NCBI GenBank assembly: GCA_040387635.1
Contig: JAZKDJ010000001.1
Span: forward strand, 179,851 to 243,850
Length of the DNA: 64,000 nucleotides
Source of the DNA: Patescibacteria group bacterium
Lineage (GTDB): Bacteria; Patescibacteriota; Minisyncoccia; Phycocordibacterales; PALSA-1337
Direction: 5' to 3'
The position numbers and the translations under genes were made by a program. This document shows, in pieces, positions 18,499 through 28,106 of this stretch. Position 1 is the first letter of the stretch, and each line of letters starts with the position of its first letter. Under the pieces are notes generated by a model. The model ran no database searches. It was not told the origin of the DNA and saw nothing but the letters and a program-made list of their open reading frames with translations.

Positions 18499-20263
18499 GG
18501 CTTTTCTTTTTCTCAAATTCGTTAGTGCTCTTCTGGGACTCGTATATCTGAACGTATTCCGGAGAAGACTCCAGAAGTTCGCTATGAACACCCTTGGCAA
18601 GCAGCTCTCCTTCCATAAGAAGGATTATTTGATCATAACCTTCGACCGGTGCGATCTTCTGCGTGACAGAGATGAGTGTAAGTTCAGGATAGTTTTTCTC
18701 AACATTGCTCAAAATTTTGTGCTCTGTAGCAGAGTCTACTCGGGCAGTAAAGTCGTCGAGAAGAAGTATTCGAGGATTGAGAGCGAGCGCTCGAGCAAGC
18801 ATGAGGCGCTGCTTCTGTCCTCCTGAGAGGCTGGTACCTCGCTCTGCAACGTTGGTTTCAATACCATCAGGAAGATCCTTCACGAAATCACTGAGCTCGG
18901 CTGTCTCCAAGGCCTTCCTCATGTTTTCTTCTGATACCTCCTGGCTGAATGCGATGTTCTGTCTGATCGAAAGATTGAACATAACGCTGTCTTGGAAAAC
19001 AAACGCCACCTGCTTATGGAGTGCTTCCTTGTCATAATCAGATATGCTCACACCATCGAAAAACACATCTCCAGATGTAGGCCTGAGCAAACCCGTCATT
19101 ACATAGAGAAGCTGGCTTTTGCCGGCAGCAGTAGGACCAATGATAGCTGTCTTGCTGCCAGCTTTTACCTGAAAAGAAATATCCTTGAGTGTATTTTTGT
19201 CGCCGTAGGTAAGCGTTAGGTTTTTGACTTCCACATCTCCCTTGAGTGTTTTTGTAACAGTACCCGTCTCTTCTCTCTCCTCGTGATCAAGCACCTCGCG
19301 AATTCGTTTGTATGACTCTGTAGCTCTGCTGATAGAGCTCGCCATGAATCCAATCATGATGATTGGGAAAACAAGGATGGTGATATATGTGTTGAATGCT
19401 GCGAACTCTCCAAGTGACATGGTACCGAACACCACAAATCTTCCTCCCAGAGCCAGGACAGCCAAGATGGCCAAGTTGGCTACAAAAAATGTAATCGGGA
19501 TAACAACAGTGAAAACCGCAACAATATCTATTCCTACTTTTTTCGCCTCCTCGTTCGCTTTCATGAACTTCATGTATTCATAGTGATCCGAATTGAGAAC
19601 CCTAATTAGGGCCGAGCCGAAAATACTTTCATTGATGAGTGCATTAAGAGTATCAATCACTCCCTGTGATCGGCCGAAGAGCGGACCTGCCTTGGAGAAA
19701 ACAACGAAAAACGTTCCACCAATAAGTGGGATCATTGTAAGCACCACCAAACCAAGCTTCCAGTTGGTGATGACCATCATTATTCCCGTTCCGATAATAA
19801 GAAAAAATGATGAGATGAGAATGGCAGATGCGGACCCTACGAACTCTTTGACTGCATCTACGTCTGAGATAAGGTTAGTAAGGAGTCTTGAAGATGTAAT
19901 CTTCTCAACATATGAGTAGCTTTGCTTTGAGATCTTCGCTGAAACAGTGTTTCGCAAATCTCTCGCCACCCTCTCTGCTGAATATGTCTGCATCAAGCTT
20001 CGGCCATATGAGAGTACGAAAATGGAAATACACACAATGACAAACCACGTAGCTACCCAAGAAAGATTGAATGTTCCCTGTGTGAAGGTGTCTATACCAT
20101 GTGCCACTAATTTTGGAATAGCCAAAACAACAAGATCAGCTACCACAGCGATAAAAAGCATGGCTAAAATCAGCCATTTATAAGGCATTAGAAGCGCAAA
20201 AAGCTCGGCCATGCCGTTCTTCTCTGCCTTTGGTTTTTCGGTGGTAACAGCTGCGTCTGTCAT
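18488..20263 (-). CDS. ABC exporter, fused permease/ATPase, subunit A of a pair
   Basis: It has a TM domain plus GPTAAGKSQ, LSGGQKQR and ILLLDDFT. It is translationally coupled to 16705..18498. Confidence 0.9.
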   Translation of the reverse strand: MTDAAVTTEKPKAEKNGMAELFALLMPYKWLILAMLFIAVVADLVVLAIPKLVAHGIDTFTQGTFNLSWVATWFVIVCISIFVLSYGRSLMQTYSAERVARDLRNTVSAKISKQSYSYVEKITSSRLLTNLISDVDAVKEFVGSASAILISSFFLIIGTGIMMVITNWKLGLVVLTMIPLIGGTFFVVFSKAGPLFGRSQGVIDTLNALINESIFGSALIRVLNSDHYEYMKFMKANEEAKKVGIDIVAVFTVVIPITFFVANLAILAVLALGGRFVVFGTMSLGEFAAFNTYITILVFPIIMIGFMASSISRATESYKRIREVLDHEEREETGTVTKTLKGDVEVKNLTLTYGDKNTLKDISFQVKAGSKTAIIGPTAAGKSQLLYVMTGLLRPTSGDVFFDGVSISDYDKEALHKQVAFVFQDSVMFNLSIRQNIAFSQEVSEENMRKALETAELSDFVKDLPDGIETNVAERGTSLSGGQKQRLMLARALALNPRILLLDDFTARVDSATEHKILSNVEKNYPELTLISVTQKIAPVEGYDQIILLMEGELLAKGVHSELLESSPEYVQIYESQKSTNEFEKKKSHGI

Positions 20264-20318
20264 AAATACTTAGAAAAGATAACATACTTTAGATAAAAAA
20301 TGTATGAAGTTTAATAAA

Positions 20319-20353
20319 AGAAAAACCGCCTTTCTCAAGGCGGTTTTTCTTTT
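20319..20353 (-). terminator. Intrinsic terminator after the cupredoxin gene
   Basis: AACCGCC-TTTCTCAA-GGCGGTT has T-runs on both sides. Confidence 0.7.
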
Positions 20354-20364
20354 CCATTCTACGT

Positions 20365-20853
20365 TTACTCAACAATCAGATTTCCTTTCATTCCCATCTG
20401 TCGATGTGTTCCCACCGAGCAGTAGTATTCGAAGGTTCCCTTCTTGTCAGCAACGAACTCAATCGTCTGCTGTTGTCCTCCATCGAGAACCGCTGTGCGA
20501 GCATTGAATTCATCGAGGACGAAATCATGCCTGCCAGTTTGGTTATCGAGAGTCACCCTGACTCTGTCGCCCTGTTTTACACGCATCTCAACAGGTTGAA
20601 ACTTGAAGTTTGTTGCAGCGACAGTGAACGCCTTGGTTCCCACAGGTACACCCGTAGTAACTGTCGTTGTCGAGGTAGTCGTCACAGTATTCACTGTTCC
20701 TGGAGTGCCTGTATTATTATTCGAATTTGTAGCCGCAGGAACATTCTGCAAATCATTATCGGTATCAGGATAATCATTTCTGTTTGCTAGCCAGATACCC
20801 AGAAGAATAATGAGAATGACGACAACTACTATGATTGATGTATTTTTGTTCAT
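20365..20853 (-). CDS. Membrane-anchored cupredoxin (plastocyanin/azurin-like type 1 copper protein)
   Basis: It has an N-terminal TM, a T/N-rich linker and a cupredoxin domain. Putative ligands are His (GRHDF) and Cys/His/Met (YYCSVGTHRQMGM). Confidence 0.75.
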   Translation of the reverse strand: MNKNTSIIVVVVILIILLGIWLANRNDYPDTDNDLQNVPAATNSNNNTGTPGTVNTVTTTSTTTVTTGVPVGTKAFTVAATNFKFQPVEMRVKQGDRVRVTLDNQTGRHDFVLDEFNARTAVLDGGQQQTIEFVADKKGTFEYYCSVGTHRQMGMKGNLIVE

Positions 20854-20920
20854 GGAATATGCGTTAGTCTATAAACTAATCTGACCAACTATAGTAAACC
20901 ATCGAAGAATGAGATTTGAA

Positions 20921-21451
20921 TTAACGGAATGTTACACCGCTTGGCAACTCAAACTTTGACATATCTGCATTCCAATCTTTGCATGTGTACTTGAACTTCT
21001 GTGTAAGATCTACTGGAGGCTTAGCTGATGCTGGCACGCTTGCAGATGTATTCTGAGCGGCTGCTAGTGAAAACTTGAATCCCTGCGGAAGACTTGGTGA
21101 CCATCCGTAGATGAATCCATCTTTCTGGATCATGTTGCTTTCAACCTTTGCATCTATAGAAGAACTCGCCTGATCAACTTCAGTCTTATACTCTCCTCTG
21201 ATATTAGCTCCTGAGATATAGATTGTTCCCTCTGTTTCTGAGGTGTCAGTCTTCTGATCAAATGTACATGTGTAGTTACCTCCACGTGCTGCCAATTCTG
21301 CGAATGATCCCTCAAATGTTCCTGCTTCCTTGAAATCAACTTGTGCTTGAGGATTATTTGGCTCTGGATCCTTAGGTGCTGCGACTGCGTACAAGATGAC
21401 ACCTATAACTACGATTGCGATTACGATCCAAACAATAGATTTTGTATTCAT
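20921..21451 (-). CDS. Hypothetical membrane-anchored secreted protein
   Basis: It is a 176-aa ORF with an N-terminal TM (IVWIVIAIVVIGVILYAV). I recognised no family. Confidence 0.55.
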   Translation of the reverse strand: MNTKSIVWIVIAIVVIGVILYAVAAPKDPEPNNPQAQVDFKEAGTFEGSFAELAARGGNYTCTFDQKTDTSETEGTIYISGANIRGEYKTEVDQASSSIDAKVESNMIQKDGFIYGWSPSLPQGFKFSLAAAQNTSASVPASAKPPVDLTQKFKYTCKDWNADMSKFELPSGVTFR

Positions 21452-21574
21452 AACTTAAATAATAATGCGATTAAATAACGTGCGATATTAACTAAAATTG
21501 ACCACCTTTGACATTAAGCCATATGAACATGAGCTCTTCATGAAGAAGGCTTCATATATCATACAGTATCAACA

Positions 21575-21612
21575 GAAGAAAACCCCGCCGTCTTGCGACA
21601 GCGGGGTTCTTG
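21575..21612 (-). terminator. Intrinsic terminator after purL
   Basis: Stem AACCCCGC pairs with GCGGGGTT, with a minus-strand T-run (TTTTCTTCTG) after the stem. Confidence 0.7.
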
Positions 21613-21654
21613 TTTAAGGTTCTTACTCAACTCCAAGCCGGTTAGGGCTTAGTT

Positions 21655-24600
21655 TTATGTCCACAACTTGGCATTCTCGAAGACCTGCGCCCATGGGCTT
21701 ACTTTGAAGTTGGCCCACGAGTCAGGCATCCATGGCCATACGAGATCACGAGTAAGACGTTCTGGATGAGGCATCACGAACAGATGTCTGCCGTCGCGAC
21801 TGGTAATGCCGGCGATACCGTGAGGAGAGCCGTTCGGGTTGAACGGATATTCTTGAGTTGGTGTGCCGTTCGGCAGAGTGTAGCGCAACGCTACGAGCTG
21901 TTCTCGTTCAATGAGCGACAGCGCTTCTCTGTTTGGAAAGACAAACCTTCCCTCTCCATGTGATACGATCACTCCAAGCGTGGATCCTTCCATCCCCCGC
22001 AACATTATCGACGGGGTTTTCTCAATTCTGACGTTGGATAATCCTGATTCAAATTTCCCTGACACGTTGTGATCCATGTAGGGCTGATGTTCTTCTCCGA
22101 GTCCCGGAGCGATACCCAGCAAGGTGCCAAGCTGGCAACCATTGCATGGGCCGAATGTAAACGTATCCGCACGACCGATGAACCTTTGGAAGGCTTTGGC
22201 AAGCGGGCTGAACTTGATAAGAGCAGCCTGCCCCCTAGCACTTCCCAGCGCATCGGCGTATGAGAAACCGCCCACAAATGCCGCTCCACGAAACTCCTGG
22301 AGATTGGCCTTACCTCTGAGCAAGTCGCTCATGGTAACGTCGTAAGCCCTGAAGCCTACGTAGTTGAATGCGGCCTGCATTTCGCGATGGCCGTTGCTCC
22401 CTCGAGCACGAATGACGGCAACCTTAGGAGATGTCCGAACAGATTTTCTGCGCACCGCCTTCGGCGTAAACGAGAGATTCCACTGCGGCACTTCATGCCG
22501 ATGCGGACTCTTCGCCATTTGCCGGACGAGGCGCTTGTTCATCTGCTCTTCCTCCATGCGGTCGCTTGTTGCTTCCCACCACATCCGGATGGTCTTGATG
22601 TCCTCTTCGAGAACAACAGGACCGTCAGATCCAAACGCAATGGAGAACTTTTCGTCCTTGATCGTACAACCAACTTCCTGGAAGTGTTCCATGAGTCCGT
22701 ATTCGTGCAGAACATCCAAGATTTCCTTGTGATGCTCGCGCTCGTACTCGATCGCAAAACCGAGCTCCTCATTAAAGAGAAAAGCGGCGTAGTCTGCATC
22801 ATTGGGACGGAAGCGAAGTTTCATGCCGCTTGGCCCAGATATAGCCATTTCGGCAAGCATAGTGATGAGGCCCCCATCGCTCCGATCGTGACCGGAGAGA
22901 ATAAGGCCTTTGCGAATAAGGGACTGAACCGCATTAAACCCATCACTAAGGAGTTTGATGTCCGCATCGGGACTATTGTTTCCGACCTGTTTAAAGGTCT
23001 GAGCGATAGCCGAACCACCAAGTCGCTGATGACCTCGTGAGAGATCGACAAACCCGATAAGGCTTTCGCCTGATCGCTTGATGTTCGGAGTGATAATTTT
23101 ACGCGCATCACGCGTTGAGCCGTATGCTGAAACAACCACTGTTCCAGGTGACATTACTTCTTCATCACCAACTTTGGCCAGAAGAGACAAGCTGTCCTTG
23201 CCTCCGTCAGGCTGCATTCCCCGAAGGGCGCAGAAGAAGTCGCTGATAGCTTTAACCCCGCGATACATGAGTACCGCTTGGCCCGGACGCTTCGCTGGAC
23301 ACATCCAGTTGACTGAACATTTAAGCGCCGATAGCCCTCCATCGATAGGTGCCCACATAATATTCATGAGCGCCTCGGCTGCTGACATACGGACACCCGC
23401 CTCAGTGCTGACAAGCATCTTGATCGGCTGTTCGCCGACCGCAGATACGGCCGCCCTTTCGGTGTAGAGGCTGAGCGTGATAGCCGCAAGATTGGAAATA
23501 GGAAGTTGGAATGGTCCACATCCCTGCTGCCGCGCTATGCGACCTCCAACACTGCGGTCTTTTTTCCGAATGATCCAATTTTTCGATCCTACGGATGGCA
23601 AAGCCATGACGCGCTTGAGCAATGAGGCCAAACTTTTCCCTTTCGGAATTTTGAATGGCTTGAGCTTGCACTCCTTCGTACTGTCGACGAAGCGCTTGCG
23701 AGGAACATTTTCGAGAATAGGGCCCAGAGGCAGGTTGACCGGTGTGACGGCAGAGTGTGAGTCTTCCAGCACGATACGGCCCTTACCTGTAACTTTGCCC
23801 AAAACATCGATTGGAAGTCCTTCGCGCAAACAGATAGCCCTGAGAATCCGAAGACCCGCAGGCGTAACCAAGACGGCATTCCGTTCTTGGAATTCTGAGC
23901 ACCAAATCTTGAGCACTCCCATAGTCGTATCACCGAGTGTCACCTTGCGGATATTCAATCGGGCGCCGGCAGGAGAAACAATTTCAGTGATGACGTTGCA
24001 AAGACCTCCTGCACCTTGATCGTGCGCGGAAATGATTGGGTTCCATTTCCCCATCATGATACAGGCGTAGATAACTTCATCCATCATCCTTTCCTCAGCA
24101 GCATTGCCGCGTTGGACGGAAGCGAAATCAAGCTTCACGCTGTTGTCGCCGCCAGCCATGCTGGAAGCCGCGCCTCCTCCCGTTCCCACCGGATACGCCA
24201 CTCCACCGATCGATACCACAAGCAATCCCTTGCGGGGCTTACCTTTAGTTCGATGGGTATCAGGCATGAATCCGCCGGTACCTGCGAAGAGAATGGGCTT
24301 AATATATTCCCGTCTCTTACCACCGACCATTTGGCCGAAGGTACGAGTGAAGCCGATCGGGCACGGAATGCCAAACTCATTTCCATAGCGGGCGCAGCCA
24401 TTGCTACCCTCGATCATGATTCTGAGCGGGCTCGCAAATCGGTCTGACAAAGCAAACCTACTCTCGCCCGGAATAATGTAATTACGGAGATTGAGATTCC
24501 CCGTCGCGTAGCCGCACATGGTCCATGCCGGAGTTCCTCCACGACGCATCATTTGAACATCGCGAATGCAACCGCCAGTGCCGGTAGCAGCTCCCCAGAA

Positions 24601-25464
24601 TGGGGAAACTCCAGTCGGATGACAGTGCGTTTCCGCAGTCCAGATGATATGCGTTCTACATTCGCGCAATACGATCTCACTTAAATTCCCCGGATGGAGA
24701 GGTACATACGTAGGTACCGTGAAGCCTTCGATTGAGCTCGAGTTGTCATCGAAAGCAGCGCGACTATTAGTCTTGCCGCGTGCAATCTGCTCCTGAAGCG
24801 GACGACGGATAAGATCAAGGAGGGACTCCTTCATATCTTCGCCGTCGAGACACATGATTCCCTTGAAGAACCAGTGCCTGCAATGTTCGCTGTTCATCTG
24901 AGCGAGCTGGAACAGCTCGACGTCAGTAGGGTCACGACCGATCACCTTGATGATAAGGTCGTACACCATTTCAATATCCCAGTCGTCCCAGCCGAGGCCG
25001 AGCAACTTGTTGATTTTGATGAGAGCTTTCTTGCCATGCTTGCTCACCAGGACCGTACGTACCTTTTCGGGACGCAGGTTGACCCTGAATGATTCAAGCG
25101 GCTTTTCGAAAACGTCTTCGACAAGAGGATCGTGGTGCGACAAAGCAAACTGCTTAAAGTCGCTTCCCCGCGGCACGACGAGTCTTCGATTCTCTTCCAC
25201 GCGAGTGACCGGCAAGCCGATTTCCTTACATATGGAGACAATGTTGGAAGACGCAGGTGTTTCAATTGCTACCCGCGGTCCAACTTCGAGAACCCTGCCC
25301 TGGAGATCACTCTCCTTGCTAAGGTTGTGAATTTCAATCGGACCAGCAATAAGCCAGTCCAACATAACGCTCTCCGATCTCGTAAGAGGTCGAGTAAGCC
25401 CAATATTCAGGCATCGTTCCTGCCCTGGTTTTCGACCAGGAAGAAACATTCGTTGAATTCTCAT
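21655..25464 (-). CDS. purL: Phosphoribosylformylglycinamidine (FGAM) synthase, large single-chain form with C-terminal glutaminase domain
   Basis: The 1269-aa protein has an N-terminal domain, a duplicated AIR-synthase-like core (e.g. EQPIKMLVS, GGKDSLS) and a C-terminal class I amidotransferase (GGFSYADALG, GPCNGCQLG, HGEGRF). Confidence 0.95.
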   Translation of the reverse strand: MRIQRMFLPGRKPGQERCLNIGLTRPLTRSESVMLDWLIAGPIEIHNLSKESDLQGRVLEVGPRVAIETPASSNIVSICKEIGLPVTRVEENRRLVVPRGSDFKQFALSHHDPLVEDVFEKPLESFRVNLRPEKVRTVLVSKHGKKALIKINKLLGLGWDDWDIEMVYDLIIKVIGRDPTDVELFQLAQMNSEHCRHWFFKGIMCLDGEDMKESLLDLIRRPLQEQIARGKTNSRAAFDDNSSSIEGFTVPTYVPLHPGNLSEIVLRECRTHIIWTAETHCHPTGVSPFWGAATGTGGCIRDVQMMRRGGTPAWTMCGYATGNLNLRNYIIPGESRFALSDRFASPLRIMIEGSNGCARYGNEFGIPCPIGFTRTFGQMVGGKRREYIKPILFAGTGGFMPDTHRTKGKPRKGLLVVSIGGVAYPVGTGGGAASSMAGGDNSVKLDFASVQRGNAAEERMMDEVIYACIMMGKWNPIISAHDQGAGGLCNVITEIVSPAGARLNIRKVTLGDTTMGVLKIWCSEFQERNAVLVTPAGLRILRAICLREGLPIDVLGKVTGKGRIVLEDSHSAVTPVNLPLGPILENVPRKRFVDSTKECKLKPFKIPKGKSLASLLKRVMALPSVGSKNWIIRKKDRSVGGRIARQQGCGPFQLPISNLAAITLSLYTERAAVSAVGEQPIKMLVSTEAGVRMSAAEALMNIMWAPIDGGLSALKCSVNWMCPAKRPGQAVLMYRGVKAISDFFCALRGMQPDGGKDSLSLLAKVGDEEVMSPGTVVVSAYGSTRDARKIITPNIKRSGESLIGFVDLSRGHQRLGGSAIAQTFKQVGNNSPDADIKLLSDGFNAVQSLIRKGLILSGHDRSDGGLITMLAEMAISGPSGMKLRFRPNDADYAAFLFNEELGFAIEYEREHHKEILDVLHEYGLMEHFQEVGCTIKDEKFSIAFGSDGPVVLEEDIKTIRMWWEATSDRMEEEQMNKRLVRQMAKSPHRHEVPQWNLSFTPKAVRRKSVRTSPKVAVIRARGSNGHREMQAAFNYVGFRAYDVTMSDLLRGKANLQEFRGAAFVGGFSYADALGSARGQAALIKFSPLAKAFQRFIGRADTFTFGPCNGCQLGTLLGIAPGLGEEHQPYMDHNVSGKFESGLSNVRIEKTPSIMLRGMEGSTLGVIVSHGEGRFVFPNREALSLIEREQLVALRYTLPNGTPTQEYPFNPNGSPHGIAGITSRDGRHLFVMPHPERLTRDLVWPWMPDSWANFKVSPWAQVFENAKLWT

Positions 25465-25497
25465 AATTGTGTAGTTGAGTTGTCAAAATCTGACTTA

Positions 25498-25525
25498 AAA
25501 CTAGCATTTGAAGGCCTTATGTCAA
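25498..25525 (-). promoter_or_regulatory. Candidate purL promoter (TTGACA-N16-TAGTTT with TGc extended -10)
   Basis: The minus strand reads TTGACA (25525-25520), a 16-nt spacer ending TGC, then TAGTTT (25503-25498). This is about 34 nt upstream of the purL ATG. Confidence 0.45.
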
Positions 25526-25582
25526 TCTATTTACTATCTTCTGGTTGTTTCCTTTTTCTCAGGGCCTTGTATACTGTATGGA

Positions 25583-27358
25583 ATGTCTCTTGAATCTCCT
25601 TCTAAAAAATTCAAGCCGTATACGAATGTTGATTTAATCAAAGACTTCGCTGTATTTATAAGGCCATACAAATGGCAATTTTTCGGTTCGACGTTTCTAA
25701 GAATCATAAGCGACATAGTCTGGCTCTATCCTACATACGCCCTTGCTACGACAATTACGTTTTTTACGCACTACCAAGCAGGACAATCGCTAGCGCCTTT
25801 CTGGGCAGTTCTCACAATTTGGATTGCAGCAGTAATAATAAGATATGTAGGAATCTTCTACTCAAAAATGCTAGGCAACAAAATGAGCGAAAGAATTGCG
25901 CTCGATGCCCAGCTCAAGACCATGAATCATCTCTTCAAGCTTGATATGGCTTGGCACGAGAAAGAAAATGCCGGCAACAAGCTCAAAAGAATAGACCGCG
26001 GATCATACGCCTTCGACAAAATCATGAGGATGTGGACTGGGACTTTCCTTGAGACATCAGTAAACCTTATAGGTATCCTCCTTATCATCAGCAGTTTTGA
26101 CAGAACCATCACCCTTATTACGATTGTATTTCTTATAACTTACTTCATCATTTCGTTTCTTTTCACACGACGAGCTGCTGCAGCCTCCAGGGTAGTAAAT
26201 GCAAAAGAAGAAGATCTTTCAGGATTGCTGTTTGAATCCGTCAATAACGTCAGAAGCATCAAGGTGATGTCCATGATCAAACCACTCTCTGAGATACTCA
26301 ACCGGACCACGTCAGAACTTTTTGGATTCATTCGGACCAGATTGTTTTGGTATCAAACAGCCTATGGCGTCAAAGGCTTGTGGGGTCAGGGATTCCGACT
26401 TATGTTCGTAGTAATCATAGTAATCGGCATTGCTAAAGGCAGATACGAAGTCGGCTTCCTTGTTCTTTTCTACAACTACTTCAACAGCCTTTGGCAATCA
26501 TTCGCGGAGCTCTCTGAAGTTGCTCAGGAATTCATCATAGCGAAAATCAGCATCGCTCGACTTACTGATATCCTTCAAACCCCACTAACGATTGATAACG
26601 AATCAAACAAAGTCCCCTTCCCAAAGGATTGGAAAAAGATCAGGATTTCAAATCTTTCTTTTGCATATGGCGACAAGAAAGTGCTCGATAATATTTCGTT
26701 TGACATAAATAGAGGTGAACGAATTGGTATCGTCGGACTATCTGGTGCCGGCAAATCAACCTTGTTCAAAATGCTTCTCAAGGAACACGAAAGCTACACC
26801 GGAAATATTTTCATTGATGATGTACCTCTCAACACCATCAGCAAGACTGACTACTTCAAACATCTAGCAGTAGTACTCCAGGAGACTGAAGTCTTTGATT
26901 TCACATTGCGAGAAAACATTACGATCACTAACCATGACGAGGCGAATAATGAAGAGTTGTTCAACAAGTCGACAGACATTGCCCACGTTACTGACTTTGC
27001 ACGGAAGCTCCCTAACGGGGCCGATACAATGATCGGTGAGAAAGGTGTAAAGCTATCAGGCGGAGAGAAACAGCGTGTTGGTATCGCTCGCGCAGTTTTC
27101 AAAAATCCTCAAATACTACTTCTTGATGAGGCAACTTCGCATTTGGATATTGAGTCAGAAGAAAAAATCCGTGACTCCCTACACCAGTTCTTCCAGACAG
27201 TTACAGCGGTAGTAATCGCTCACAGACTAACGACAATTAAGGAAATGGACAGAATCTTCGTGCTTGAATATGGAAAAGTAATTGAATCAGGAAACTTCAA
27301 GGAGCTCCATGCTCAAAAGGGCCGATTCTACGACCTTTGGGAGAAGCAAAAACTATAG
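25583..27358 (+). CDS. ABC exporter, fused permease/ATPase
   Basis: It has a TM domain plus [17 protein letters not shown] and ILLLDEAT. The start at MSLESP (25583) is preferred because the 25508 extension overlaps the purL promoter region. Confidence 0.9.
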   Translation: MSLESPSKKFKPYTNVDLIKDFAVFIRPYKWQFFGSTFLRIISDIVWLYPTYALATTITFFTHYQAGQSLAPFWAVLTIWIAAVIIRYVGIFYSKMLGNKMSERIALDAQLKTMNHLFKLDMAWHEKENAGNKLKRIDRGSYAFDKIMRMWTGTFLETSVNLIGILLIISSFDRTITLITIVFLITYFIISFLFTRRAAAASRVVNAKEEDLSGLLFESVNNVRSIKVMSMIKPLSEILNRTTSELFGFIRTRLFWYQTAYGVKGLWGQGFRLMFVVIIVIGIAKGRYEVGFLVLFYNYFNSLWQSFAELSEVAQEFIIAKISIARLTDILQTPLTIDNESNKVPFPKDWKKIRISNLSFAYGDKKVLDNISFDINRGERIGIVGLSGAGKSTLFKMLLKEHESYTGNIFIDDVPLNTISKTDYFKHLAVVLQETEVFDFTLRENITITNHDEANNEELFNKSTDIAHVTDFARKLPNGADTMIGEKGVKLSGGEKQRVGIARAVFKNPQILLLDEATSHLDIESEEKIRDSLHQFFQTVTAVVIAHRLTTIKEMDRIFVLEYGKVIESGNFKELHAQKGRFYDLWEKQKL

Positions 27359-27449
27359 AAGTCCAGATATAAACAAGTCCCTCATCGGGACTTGTGTTCG
27401 CTGCAATCTGTCATACAGAATCGCAGGCTGTATGAAGATGACATTGGCG

Positions 27450-27494
27450 AAAAAAACATCAGGGTCTCGTTTCTAGCCGGCCTGAGACCCGATG
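27450..27494 (-). terminator. Intrinsic terminator after the uridine-kinase-like gene
   Basis: The minus strand reads CATCGGGTCTC…GAGACCCTGATG followed by TTTTTTT. Confidence 0.65.
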
Positions 27495-27540
27495 CTATAC
27501 AAAGTATAGCTACAAACAATTAAGACATGATGAATGTTCC

Positions 27541-28086
27541 TTATTGGTGAACATAGTCAGTAAGCAGCTTTTTTACCCTTTTAATTACTGTATAAATTGG
27601 CCTATCTGTCCTAACGATTGCATTGGCGTATTTCTTTTGCATTACGCCGTACTTTTTGAATTCTGGCAGTGTGACCATTCTGTCATATTGAGCGAGCTCA
27701 TTCGTTCCTAGGCGCTTTCTTCTGCGCTTAATGACAAGCCTTTGTGGAAGGTCGAAATACACCTTGTAGTCCAGCAACTTCCTGATTTTGGGATACTTGA
27801 ACAAAAGAAATCCCTCAACAAAGATGTACTTCTTGTGCGATGCAGCGGCTTTCAGTTTCTTGAGATCTGAATATAATTTTTTGAAGTTAAAATTTGCTGG
27901 CTTTTCCCAATTCACGTATCCAGCTTTCTTTGAGAAAAACTTCTGAGATTTAAAATAGTCATCCAATCGCACATGACCAAACCGCCGAGAAGCCTTGATA
28001 AACCTCTCAGACACAGTAGTTTTGCCGGCACCTGATGGACCCGCTATCCCTATCAAGACCGGATACGTCTCTCGTTGCTGAGGCAT
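27541..28086 (-). CDS. Uridine kinase / PRK-family P-loop kinase-like protein
   Basis: It has the Walker A IGIAGPSGAGKTT and Udk-like size and layout. Substrate is not established. Confidence 0.6.
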   Translation of the reverse strand: MPQQRETYPVLIGIAGPSGAGKTTVSERFIKASRRFGHVRLDDYFKSQKFFSKKAGYVNWEKPANFNFKKLYSDLKKLKAAASHKKYIFVEGFLLFKYPKIRKLLDYKVYFDLPQRLVIKRRRKRLGTNELAQYDRMVTLPEFKKYGVMQKKYANAIVRTDRPIYTVIKRVKKLLTDYVHQ

Positions 28087-28106
28087 GGCATTGGAAGATT
28101 ATGAGG

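Noticed and set aside
21766-25593. About twenty plus-strand and alternative-frame ORFs of 60-217 aa inside the purL region
   Set aside because: All lie within or antisense to the 1269-aa purL ORF, whose translation has unambiguous FGAM-synthase motifs. Their translations are low-complexity and R/S/P-rich, as expected for stop-poor antisense frames of a GC-rich gene.
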